From Gemmatimonadota bacterium (lineage in GTDB: Bacteria; Gemmatimonadota; Gemmatimonadetes; Longimicrobiales; Gaopeijiaceae): a DNA stretch of 64,000 bases. The position numbers and the translations under genes were made by a program. Below are positions 50,863 to 59,491 of the stretch, piece by piece. Location: assembly GCA_012267505.1 (NCBI GenBank), contig JAAXGI010000155.1, positions 484-64,483 of the forward strand, read 5' to 3'. The notes below the pieces were generated by a model, which was not told the origin of the DNA, did not search any database, and saw nothing but the letters and a program-made list of their open reading frames with translations. Position 1 is the first letter of the stretch, and each line of letters opens with the position of its first letter.

Positions 50863-51534
50863 TGGGCACCTTTCTGGCAAGCTGATGTACAGCCGGCGGT
50901 GTGGATCCCTCCCGCCCGGCGGGTACGGATTCGAGAGGCCCGGCACTGGAGCCGCGGGATGCGGCCACCATCCCGGACACCACGCTGACCGTACCCTTCG
51001 GGGGACGCAGGCAAGCTCCCGCAGCAGCCGGCAGGTGTTCTCGGTCGGGACCCCGCGAATATCCGGAAGAAGGAACCGGCGCAGGCAGAGTGTACGCGCG
51101 CTCCGACCGGCTCTCAAGGCTCCAAGTGTTGGTCGCCCGGCCCACCTAGGCCTCCCGTCCGGGCGCGGCGGGCAACCCGCGGCCCCGAAAGTCATGGGTG
51201 CAGGCGGTGGTGGACAGCCGGGATCGGAAGGACGGAGCGAACGGGCCAGGCCCGGTGCGGGGGCAGGACGGTGGCGCAGTGAATCCGGAGAATGGTTGCC
51301 CCTGGCAGCGCCGATGTGGTCAGCGTGCCGACTCTGCGCCCGCCCGTCTCATCAGATCGATTCGAGCAGTTCCAACCGGTTCAGCCAGATGGCGGACGGC
51401 CATCCCTGACGGACGGTTCCAGACCGTGATCCGGCTCCCTTGGATGCCAGTTTCCGGAGTGCGGGGAGGAGCGGCCTCGGCCCGGCGTCTGGACACCTCG
51501 CCCCTGGCAGGTGGTGACCGTCAGGGAGGGTCGG

Positions 51535-54500
51535 TCAGGCCGGGATGCCCTCGGATACCACGCCCAAGGCACCGTCGAGCTGCACGCCGACGACCGAACT
51601 CACGCCGGGCTCTTCCATCGTGACCCCGTAGATCCAGTCGGCCGCCTCGATTGTGCGCGGATTGTGGGTGATCACGACGAATTGGGTCTTCCCCTTGAAG
51701 TCGTTCAGGAGACGGACGAAGCGCTCGATGTTCGCTTCATCGAGTGGTGCATCCACCTCGTCCAGAACGCAGAAGGGAGACGGCTTAACGAGGTAGATCG
51801 CAAACAGGAGCGCAAGGGCGGTCAGCGCCCGCTCACCGCCTGAGAGGAGCTCGATGCTCTGCCGTCGCTTCCCTCTAGGGGCGGCATGGATCTCGATCGC
51901 GGTCTCGAGGGGATCCTCCGGGTCGCGCAGGCTGAGATCGCATTCCCCCCCCTCGAACAGCCTGAGGAAGGTGTCGCGGAAGTTGTCCCGAATTGCCGAG
52001 AAGCTGCCCTGAAAGCGTCCGACGGCCGTCCTGTTGATTTTCTGGATCGCCGAGCGAAGATCTTCGCGGGCCTCCGAGAGGTCATCCCTCTGGCCCGTCA
52101 GGAAGGCAAGGCGCGCGCGCTCTTCCTCGTGTTCCTCGACAGCTAGCATGTTGACCGGCCCGATCCGCTCGAGAGCACGCAGGATCTCCGCATGGTCGGT
52201 GAGAAGCTCCGACTCGTCGCCATCCATCTCGCGGGCCACCCCGAACAGCCGTTCCAGGGACCGTCCCCACTCGGTTTCCAGCCGGTCACGGATGCGGCTG
52301 GCGCGCCCCTGCACCTCCTGTTCCTCCAGTTCGAGACCGTGCCTCTCGTCCATAGCAGCGCGCTCGTCGCTCCGGACCTCCCGCACACGTCGCTCTCCGT
52401 CCGCCAGCCGAGCATGCAGCTCCTGGAAGGCCTGATCCCGGCGACGGAGTCCCTCTGCTTCCGACTCAAGCGCGGCGGAAAGGCGTTCTGTCTCGCGGCC
52501 CCCCTCGTCGAGAACTGCTTGCGCGCGTCGCTCCGAGGCGCGCAGCTCTTCCTCTTCCGCCTCCAGGCCGGCCAAGCGCTTCTGCGCGGCGCGCTCTTGG
52601 CGCCCCATATCGGATTCGCGCTCCCGGATCCGCGAGATGTCACCCTCGAGGCGGGCGCGTGTGACAGCGAGTCGGGAAGACGCACGCTGGGCCTCCTCCC
52701 ACTGACCCTCCGCACGGCGGAGCGCCGAGCTCGTCGCTTCCCGCACCGCTCGGCCCTGCGCCAGTTCCCCGGCGATGCGGGCACCTTCCTCCCGCTTCTG
52801 TTGGGCGACCTCCCTCGTCCTCTCGAACGCGTCTTGGACCGAGGAACGCCGCTCCTCCAGATCCCGGACGAGCCGCTCCCCACTCAGCATCCGGTCTTCG
52901 CTCGCCGACTGTTCGGAGCGGGCGATCCTCCAGGCGTCCTCGGCGCCTTCCAGCGAGGCGCGCGCGACAGCAAGCGCCTCCTCAAGCAGCGCGAGGCGGG
53001 CCTCCTCATCCTCCCGCGCGGCCGCTGCCCCGTCCAAGCAGGCTCTCGCCCCACCCACAGCCACCCCGAGATCCAGAAGGCGCGCCTTTCTCTCAAGCAG
53101 ACCATCGGTTTCGAGAGGACTGCCCAGGCGGAGCATGCCCCCTTGTTCCACCCAGGCTCCGTCCGTCGACACCCGCGCCGCGCCGCGTGCGCCGCAGACG
53201 GGCTGAATGGGGGGAGCGACGAGCTCGAAGCCCCGCAGGAGCGCACGCACCCAAGGCCTGCCTTCTCTCCCGGTGGCAACGCTGTCCAGAAGGCTTCCCG
53301 CCTCGTCACCTGCCGGCACCCGGTCAAGGGGAAGGAGGAGGAGCCCGCCACCGCCCCGCCACTCCTCGCGAAACCACTCGGCCACCCGCCCCGCGACATT
53401 GGAATCGCGAACCACGACCCCGCGAAGCCGGGGTCCGAGAATCGCCTCGACCGCCCGCGTATGCCCGGAATCGACGACAATGAAGTCAGCGAGAATGCCT
53501 ACGACGCCCTCCGGCGGATCCGAGAGGAGGGCCTGTGCCGCGGGGCCGACCCCTTCGCGATCCCTCTCCATCCGCTCGAGAGCGGTCCGGCGAGCGGAGA
53601 GCGCTCCATGGCGCTCCCGCGCGCGTATCTCGTCGGCACGTGCTCTCTCCAGCGCGGCGCGAACATGCGCCACCTCGCCGCGGCACACCTCAAGCCGCTC
53701 CCCGCAGAACCCAACTTCTCCGTGCAGCTCTTCTAGCCGATCGGAAAACAGATCGCCCTGCGAGACCATTCTGCCGAGTGCCTCGCGCGCCTCCCCGAGC
53801 TCGTCCCCGAGCTCTGCGAGCCGACCCTCCAGATCTGCCGCTCGGGCGTCGGCCGCATCGGCCTCCCCCTGTAGGCGGGCAAGTAGGCGGGCTGATCTCT
53901 GCTCCCCGGCCTCGATCTCCCCGGCATCGCGCCGGGCCCGGCGGACTTGCTCTCCAGCATCCCGGGTCCGTCCCTCTTGGATCTCGATCCGCTTGAGTAG
54001 GTCCACCTTCTCCTCGTCCCGCATCCTGCCCGTGGCCGCGAGCTCGGCCATCTGCACACGGCACTCGTCCACGAGTCCGGCCGCACCGGACCGCTCAATC
54101 CCGATCTGTTCGATCCGGCGGCGGGCGTGGGCCGCGCCTTCCTGAGCAACCGCACACTCGCGCTCCCAACCGACCAGCTCTGTTCTGAGCCGGTCGACCT
54201 GAGTGGCGGCCGCCGTCCTGGCCCGCTCGCTCTCAAGCTGCTGGGTCTTCAGCGACTCGAGGCGTATCTCCTCGGTCTCGACCCTGGCGCGAAGTGCTGC
54301 GGCCCGCTCCTCGCCGCCTCCCAGCGCCGCCCGGATCTCGTCGAGCCGCGTCCCCAACGTTGCGAGCCGATATCTCGCAACCGTGACCTCGACGTCGAGG
54401 CGCCGCGCCCTGAGAGCCCGGTAGCGCTCCGCCTTCCCCTTCTGACGGGCGAGCGAGCGCACCTTCTTCTCTACCTCCGCGATCACGTCCTCGAGGCGCT

Positions 54501-55065
54501 GCAGATCCACTCCCGCTCGTTCGAGCCCGCGCGATGCCTCACGCCGGCGGTCCTTGTACTTCCCGATCCCCGCAGCCTCCTCGAAGAGGCCTCGCCTTTC
54601 CTCGGCCCGGTCCGAGAGAATCGCATCGATCATCCGGTGCTCAATGACCGCATACGCGTTCGCGCCGAGCCCCGTGTCCCGGCACGCCTCCTGCACGTCC
54701 CGCAGACGGCATCCGGCACGGTTCAGGAAGTAGTCGCTGCCCCCGTCCCGGTATACCGTTCTTGCGATCTCCACCACGCCGAAGGGGAGAGAGAACGCAC
54801 CATCCTCGTTGCTGAATTCGACGGCGACCGAGGCGCGACCGACCTGCCGACGATTCACGCTCCCCTGGAAGATCGCCTCCTCCATCTTCGCGCCACGGAT
54901 TGCCGTGGGGCGCTGCTCGCCCAGAACCCACCGCACGGCATCGGAGAGGTTCGATTTCCCGCACCCGTTCGGACCGACAACTGCGGTGATTCCATCGTTG
55001 AAGGCGATCTCGGTCCGGTCGGCAAAGGACTTGAAGCCGTGCAGCCGGAGCGCTCGGAGCTTCAT
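51535..55065 (-). CDS. smc: Chromosome partition protein SMC
   Basis: 1176 aa: MKLRALRLHGFKSFADRTEIAFNDGITAVVGPNGCGKSNLSDAVRWVLGEQ, long coiled coils and a hinge, with C-terminal LSGGERALTALALLFAIY...LDEVDAPLD. Confidence 0.97.
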   Translation of the reverse strand: MKLRALRLHGFKSFADRTEIAFNDGITAVVGPNGCGKSNLSDAVRWVLGEQRPTAIRGAKMEEAIFQGSVNRRQVGRASVAVEFSNEDGAFSLPFGVVEIARTVYRDGGSDYFLNRAGCRLRDVQEACRDTGLGANAYAVIEHRMIDAILSDRAEERRGLFEEAAGIGKYKDRRREASRGLERAGVDLQRLEDVIAEVEKKVRSLARQKGKAERYRALRARRLDVEVTVARYRLATLGTRLDEIRAALGGGEERAAALRARVETEEIRLESLKTQQLESERARTAAATQVDRLRTELVGWERECAVAQEGAAHARRRIEQIGIERSGAAGLVDECRVQMAELAATGRMRDEEKVDLLKRIEIQEGRTRDAGEQVRRARRDAGEIEAGEQRSARLLARLQGEADAADARAADLEGRLAELGDELGEAREALGRMVSQGDLFSDRLEELHGEVGFCGERLEVCRGEVAHVRAALERARADEIRARERHGALSARRTALERMERDREGVGPAAQALLSDPPEGVVGILADFIVVDSGHTRAVEAILGPRLRGVVVRDSNVAGRVAEWFREEWRGGGGLLLLPLDRVPAGDEAGSLLDSVATGREGRPWVRALLRGFELVAPPIQPVCGARGAARVSTDGAWVEQGGMLRLGSPLETDGLLERKARLLDLGVAVGGARACLDGAAAAREDEEARLALLEEALAVARASLEGAEDAWRIARSEQSASEDRMLSGERLVRDLEERRSSVQDAFERTREVAQQKREEGARIAGELAQGRAVREATSSALRRAEGQWEEAQRASSRLAVTRARLEGDISRIRERESDMGRQERAAQKRLAGLEAEEEELRASERRAQAVLDEGGRETERLSAALESEAEGLRRRDQAFQELHARLADGERRVREVRSDERAAMDERHGLELEEQEVQGRASRIRDRLETEWGRSLERLFGVAREMDGDESELLTDHAEILRALERIGPVNMLAVEEHEEERARLAFLTGQRDDLSEAREDLRSAIQKINRTAVGRFQGSFSAIRDNFRDTFLRLFEGGECDLSLRDPEDPLETAIEIHAAPRGKRRQSIELLSGGERALTALALLFAIYLVKPSPFCVLDEVDAPLDEANIERFVRLLNDFKGKTQFVVITHNPRTIEAADWIYGVTMEEPGVSSVVGVQLDGALGVVSEGIPA

Positions 55066-55162
55066 CCGCCGGATGTCAGGAAGCGCACGCGAGGCGCCGC
55101 GGGGGGGGCTCCGGCCGGGCCAGCGCGGTCCCCGCGCACTCCCCGGCCCCGGCAGCCTGCAT

Positions 55163-55915
55163 TCATCCCGGCCAGGCCAAGACGCCTGCGGCAGCCAAGA
55201 GGACGAGTACGATCATCGCGATGACGAGGTGCCGCCCACGCTTCGGCCTCGACCGCGGTATTGGCGCAGGGACGGTCCGTCCATCGTGGTCGTCCTTGCC
55301 GACTGGGAACGCAGTGGAGCCGTGCCTGGGGTGCAGCTCCGGGTCCACGGCATGGACCCAGATGCCGCCGGGAGCCGGATCGTTTGGGGGGGCGCCTGAC
55401 ACCATGTGAATGATCCCGTCGGCCTCCGCAGCAAGCGCCGTGGCGCCAGCGGAATCAGCCGGGAGGTAGAGGAGTAACGTGGTGCCATCACCGCGCAGCT
55501 CGTCCAGGAGAAACGACCATCGCGGATCTCGCAGGGACTCCTCCGGATCGCAAACGACCGTTCCCGCGGGGATCAGGTGCGGCCCGGCAGGCGAGATCTG
55601 CCTGATGACGCGCTTGCTCGATGCCCCGTAGCGGAGGAGGTCGCCGATTCCCTCGTCGTTCGGGACATCCGCGATACCGTGGAGGGACCCCCGCTTGAGG
55701 TCCCCGTCAGCGATCACGACCTGGCGCTGCGGGCCGGACCAGCGCGAAGCGAGGGCGAGAGCGAAGTGTCCGCACCATCCGTGCGAGCGGGACGCCTTGT
55801 CAGCGAGCAGGGCGATTACTTGGCCTGCGTCGCCGCACGGGGGCTCGAGGCCATCAGGCACCCCGGGAACGTCCCGGGCGATCTCGTACACCTCGGCGCT
55901 CCCGCCAGGCGTCAT
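55163..55915 (-). CDS. Tail-anchored protein with a degenerate BY-kinase/MinD/ParA-like P-loop fold
   Basis: It aligns by eye to the CapB/Wzc-type ATPase core: VIALLADKASRSHG (where xxSPGEGKS is expected), VVIADGDLKRGSLHGI..NDEGIGDLL (compare DADLRRPSLH...GLSNVL), LIPAGTVV.DPEE (compare LPAGPIPPNPSE) and TLLLYLPA (Walker B position). The C-terminus is a TM helix, HLVIAMIVLVLLAAAGVLAW. It lies 3 nt after rsfS. Confidence 0.7.
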   Translation of the reverse strand: MTPGGSAEVYEIARDVPGVPDGLEPPCGDAGQVIALLADKASRSHGWCGHFALALASRWSGPQRQVVIADGDLKRGSLHGIADVPNDEGIGDLLRYGASSKRVIRQISPAGPHLIPAGTVVCDPEESLRDPRWSFLLDELRGDGTTLLLYLPADSAGATALAAEADGIIHMVSGAPPNDPAPGGIWVHAVDPELHPRHGSTAFPVGKDDHDGRTVPAPIPRSRPKRGRHLVIAMIVLVLLAAAGVLAWPG

Positions 55916-55918
55916 AGC

Positions 55919-56239
55919 TCAGAACTCCCGTCGCTTCGCATCTCCCCAGAGATCCTCGAGTCTGTAGAATTCCCGCGTCGTGCTCCGGAACACATGCACC
56001 ACCACATCGATGTAGTCGATCAGGACCCATTGGCCGTGCCCGAGCCCCTCGACATGGTCCGGTCGCACGCCCTCGTTCCTGAGTTTGTCCAGCACGTGAT
56101 CGGCGATTGCCCTGACGTGGACATCGGACGTACCGGTGGCGAGCAGGAAAAAATCAGTCGCCGACGAGATCCCCTTGAGATCGAGCGAGACGACGTGCTG
56201 GGCCTTGCGCTCAAGAGCGAGCTCTGCAGCACGCTCCAA
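55919..56239 (-). CDS. rsfS: Ribosome silencing factor RsfS
   Basis: 106 aa from TTG 56239: LERKAQHVVSLDLKGISSATDFFLLATGTSDVHVRAIADHV...WVLIDYIDVVVHVF. Confidence 0.9.
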   Translation of the reverse strand: MERAAELALERKAQHVVSLDLKGISSATDFFLLATGTSDVHVRAIADHVLDKLRNEGVRPDHVEGLGHGQWVLIDYIDVVVHVFRSTTREFYRLEDLWGDAKRREF

Positions 56240-56265
56240 GACCGATACCGTCGAACCCGCGCCGA

Positions 56266-56721
56266 TCAGTCCTCCTCCTGCTCCACCAGGATCCCGATCT
56301 CGACCTCGATCCCTTTCGGGAGCACGATCGTCACCCTGTGCGACCCGAGCTCTTTGACCGGTTCTTCGAGGACGACTTGGCGGCGCGCGATCTCAAAGTC
56401 GGTCGCGAGAGCCGTGAGCCGCTGCGCAATGTCTACAGCCGAGATCGAGCCGAAGAGCCGACCCTCGGCCGAGGCGCGGGCCCTAAAGGTGAGCGTCGTA
56501 CCATCCAGCTGCGACATCTGCCGGCGCCCCTCGAGGAATTCGCGTCTGCCGCGCTCCTCGGCGGCCAACCGCTCCTCCTCGACCCGGCGGAGGTTGCCTC
56601 CCGTCGCCTCATAAGCCAAGCCCTGGGGAAGCAGGTAGTTGCGGGCGTACCCGGGCTTGACCGAGACGATCTCGCCAGGCCCACCGAGATTCTCGACCGT
56701 TCTCTTCAAGATCACCTTCAT
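56266..56721 (-). CDS. rplI: 50S ribosomal protein L9
   Basis: From ATG 56721: MKVILKRTVENLGGPGEIVSVKPGYARNYLLPQGLA. Confidence 0.95.
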   Translation of the reverse strand: MKVILKRTVENLGGPGEIVSVKPGYARNYLLPQGLAYEATGGNLRRVEEERLAAEERGRREFLEGRRQMSQLDGTTLTFRARASAEGRLFGSISAVDIAQRLTALATDFEIARRQVVLEEPVKELGSHRVTIVLPKGIEVEIGILVEQEED

Positions 56722-56783
56722 CACCACTCTCCTTCAGCCGACGCGCCGTTCCGTCTGTCCCCTGCGCAGCACACGCCCTCGCC

Positions 56784-57725
56784 TCACGCGCTCTCCCCGA
56801 TCTTCCGTGTCGCACGCGAACGGAGATCGAGCCACGAGTCGCCGACCCCGATCAGCATCGCGCCGAGAGCCACGAACGGGGCCGCCAGAAGAACTGCGAG
56901 GGAGAGCAGGATGCCCGTTCCGACCGAGACGCCCCCCCACAGAACAAGAAAGACGGCAGCTCCCCGCAAGATGTAGAGCCCGCCCATGAACGTGAGCAAG
57001 TTCGTCCCGAGCCGCCCCCACCCGGCACTCCAATCAGCCACGAGCATGAGTGCGAGCCCGGAAATAAACACCCAGATCAGGGGATCCGCAAAACGGAATT
57101 CCCGGAGCGGCCGAAGCGCCGGTCCCGGAAGACCCGCCGTCTGGACATGCGCCCACCACGCAACCCCGAGTGCCGCCACACTGCTCAGCGCCGCGAATGC
57201 CGGGAATAGCACCCCCTGGATCTCGGCGGCCCGGGCGAATGCGTCGGAGAGTTCCGCTGCCGCGCCGGTGAGCGCGAGCGCCGCGAGAAGCTCGAGGGAC
57301 GCCAGCGCGCTGGCCTCGATCTGCGCCGCCATAATCGCATCCGCCTGGGCCCAGCCACCATCAACGGCGAGCAGCAGAACCGCGGACCCACCGGCTCCGG
57401 CAACGGAAGCGAGCGCCCTCACAAGGAAACCGCGTCCCGGCAGGAGCATCGTCAGGCTCACAAACCAGCCGGTGATCAGGACCGCCCATCCACGCTCGAG
57501 ATACCAGGCACCCCCGGCGGACCCCGGGTAGAAGACGGCGATGAAGGCGTATAGCGGCAGGACAAGAAGGAAGAGGAACCGTTGCTCGTTTCCACCCGTG
57601 ACCGTCAGGATCGCAAAGGCCACAACCATCACGACAAACGGCTGCGCGACTGCAAAGCCCGCCGCGGCCGCCACAAGGCCAAGTACACGTAGCCAGCCCC
57701 TGCCCTCCGATGCCGCCGCGGTCAC
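56784..57725 (-). CDS. DUF2232 (YybS-like) polytopic membrane protein
   Basis: 313 aa, highly hydrophobic. Its position between rpsR and rplI matches the yybS position in Firmicute rpsF-ssb-rpsR-yybS-gdpP-rplI clusters. GTG 57725. Confidence 0.75.
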   Translation of the reverse strand: MTAAASEGRGWLRVLGLVAAAAGFAVAQPFVVMVVAFAILTVTGGNEQRFLFLLVLPLYAFIAVFYPGSAGGAWYLERGWAVLITGWFVSLTMLLPGRGFLVRALASVAGAGGSAVLLLAVDGGWAQADAIMAAQIEASALASLELLAALALTGAAAELSDAFARAAEIQGVLFPAFAALSSVAALGVAWWAHVQTAGLPGPALRPLREFRFADPLIWVFISGLALMLVADWSAGWGRLGTNLLTFMGGLYILRGAAVFLVLWGGVSVGTGILLSLAVLLAAPFVALGAMLIGVGDSWLDLRSRATRKIGESA

Positions 57726-57732
57726 GACGGCC

Positions 57733-58404
57733 CTATCGGTCGTGGTTCTGGATGTAGGGGAGGAGGGCCAGGAAGCGGGCCCGCTTGACGGCGCGCCCGA
57801 GGCGTCGCTGGAATTGCGCCGTCACCTTCGTCGTGCGCTTGGGAAGAATCTTGCCTTGCTCGGTCACGAACCGGGAAAGCGTCGCCACATCCTTGTAGTT
57901 GAGTAGTTCCATCCTGGGACCGTCGATCCGCCTGCGCCGGCCGCGTCCTCCCGAGAACTCCGGGGGCGCGGTCGAACCCCGCGCGGTGCCGTCCGGCGCA
58001 TCCGCCATGCCGTCGCGCTCCGCACGCTCCTGGCCGCCTAGGTTCCGACCATCGGCCTCCGGCTTGCCGACAGTTGTCGGCGTCTCGGCCAAGATCGACA
58101 TGCCCGAAGTGGGCTCCCCTTCGCTCAGCACCACGAGGTAGCGAAGAACCTCGTCATCGAGCTTCAGGATCCGCTCGAACTCCGCCAGAGCAGCCGGCTC
58201 TGCAGTGAAATGGGCCACGACGTAGTAGCCCTGGGTCTGGTCATCGATCTCGTAGGCAAGCTGACGAACGCCCCAGTGGTCCACGGCGACGACCTCGGAT
58301 TCTCCGAGGCGCGTCGCCAGGGCATGGAACTTCTCGAGCTTTCCGGCCGCTTCGTCCTCGGTAATGGATGGGCGAAGGATATAGACGACTTCGTAGTCCC
58401 TCAT
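57733..58404 (-). CDS. rpsF: 30S ribosomal proteins S6 and S18 encoded as one continuous 223-codon frame (S6-S18 fusion, or S18 nested in frame)
   Basis: From ATG 58404: MRDYEVVYILRPS...WGVRQLAYEI...YYVVAHF (S6), then a ~65-aa linker, then LNYKDVATLSRFVTEQGKILPKRTTKVTAQFQRRLGRAVKRARFLALLPY (S18). No stop codon lies between them, checked codon by codon. An internal in-frame ATG at 58008 with a GGAG SD could start a 91-aa S18. Confidence 0.85.
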   Translation of the reverse strand: MRDYEVVYILRPSITEDEAAGKLEKFHALATRLGESEVVAVDHWGVRQLAYEIDDQTQGYYVVAHFTAEPAALAEFERILKLDDEVLRYLVVLSEGEPTSGMSILAETPTTVGKPEADGRNLGGQERAERDGMADAPDGTARGSTAPPEFSGGRGRRRRIDGPRMELLNYKDVATLSRFVTEQGKILPKRTTKVTAQFQRRLGRAVKRARFLALLPYIQNHDR

Positions 58405-58470
58405 GACTGGTCCCCCGGTCCGCTGATCACGGGCCCCACCCTCGCCGGGGTGGAGCGGGCTGTATCTGGC
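58405..58470 (-). promoter_or_regulatory. Structured rpsF 5' leader (possible S6:S18-binding leader)
   Basis: The minus-strand leader is ...CCCGCU CCACCC-CGGCGA-GGGUGG GGCCCGUGAUC AGCGG.... This is a stem (CCGCU/AGCGG) enclosing a hairpin, plus an internal loop containing CCG, as described for rpsF leaders. I could not run a covariance model. Confidence 0.3.
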
Positions 58471-58475
58471 ACACA

Positions 58476-58504
58476 AAGATAGGAGCCTGCGCGCCCGGGC
58501 TCAA
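58476..58504 (-). promoter_or_regulatory. Candidate sigma70 promoter of rpsF
   Basis: On the minus strand: TTGAGC (58504..58499), a 17-nt spacer, then TATCTT (58481..58476), about 70 nt upstream of ATG 58404. Confidence 0.45.
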
Positions 58505-58522
58505 CCGCGCCTTCGGGCGCGG
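58505..58522 (-). terminator. GC hairpin between the cytochrome c gene and the rpsF promoter (weak terminator candidate)
   Basis: CCGCGCC-CGAA-GGCGCGG is a perfect 7-bp stem with a tetraloop, followed by only UU. It abuts the -35 element. Confidence 0.3.
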
Positions 58523-58743
58523 GCCGGTACGATGTACGCTCCGGAGAGGGTTGGACCCGCCGCGGGTGCGGCGAGAGCCGGCGGACGGCCAGAGGCGAAA
58601 TTTCGCTATCGCGGACGGCAGGCACGGACCCGCGGCATGCGGGTCATTGCGGAGCAAGCGGAAACGGCCGGCAGTGGGATCACGCAACACGACGAAGCGG
58701 ACAAGGATCCGGCGGCACCGGGCGGACCGGGAACCCGCAGTCG

Positions 58744-59208
58744 CTAGTCCGCCAGATTGCTCAGGTCGCGAACATACCCGACGAGCATCGGCAGCAGTGC
58801 CGGTTCGAGCACGGTTTCGAAGGCCGGCATCGCCCTGCGGCCCTTGACCACGATCTCAAGCAACTCGTCGTCGGTCAGGAGCACCACGGATTCCGGCGAG
58901 GTGAAGTCCGGCGGAGCAGGGTCGAAGGCGGAGGCAGCCGGTCCGTCCCCCTTGCCTTGCTGCCCATGGCAGATCGTACAGTGCTGCCGGTAGGCTTCCT
59001 CTCCGGGATGTTCCTGGCCAACGGGTCCCGCAACCGGCCTGTGCACCGATCCCGCAGCCGGTCTCGAGGCGCCGCTGACCGGAGCGGACGCGCTCGATTG
59101 GCCCGGACCCGCGAGCCTGAGGGCCGCGATCGCTACCGCCACGACGAGGACCCGCGACCAGAACATTGCGGCCGGGCGGGAAGCGGGTACGTGGGAGCTA
59201 CCGCTCAT
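58744..59208 (-). CDS. Membrane-anchored or secreted c-type cytochrome
   Basis: From ATG 59208 (alternative ATG 59166): hydrophobic N-terminus MFWSRVLVVAVAIAALRLAG, haem motif CTICH, and a distal Met in GRRAMPAF. The upstream part of track ORF 58744..59517 overlaps the GATase 3' end. Confidence 0.85.
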   Translation of the reverse strand: MSGSSHVPASRPAAMFWSRVLVVAVAIAALRLAGPGQSSASAPVSGASRPAAGSVHRPVAGPVGQEHPGEEAYRQHCTICHGQQGKGDGPAASAFDPAPPDFTSPESVVLLTDDELLEIVVKGRRAMPAFETVLEPALLPMLVGYVRDLSNLAD

Positions 59209-59491
59209 GTCCCCCTGGAGTTCTGAAGGTAGTCTGGGGCACCGCCCCACTTCGAATCGGTCAGGAAGTTGTTTTTCCTTGTACGGGGGGTCAAGTGGCC
59301 GGAGGACAACCGAACTGACCCGCCCGGCATCCTGCCGAACCAGACCACCGAGAGGCTTCATCAGGCCCCGGCCGGAATCCTCCCTCACCGCCAAGCGACG
59401 TTCGCATCTACCAGCTGCCTTCTTCCGGGCACGAGCACTCCACCTGACAATGGCCGCGATCCGGCGGAAGGGACGAGGATGGCGCGACTTC

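Noticed and set aside
59240-59265. A tRNA-like TTCGAATC string (also GGTTCAACC at about 25426 and CTCGAATCC at about 50925).
   Set aside because: The flanking bases do not form a T-stem, and no acceptor, anticodon or D arms can be drawn. No tRNA gene is supported anywhere in the window.
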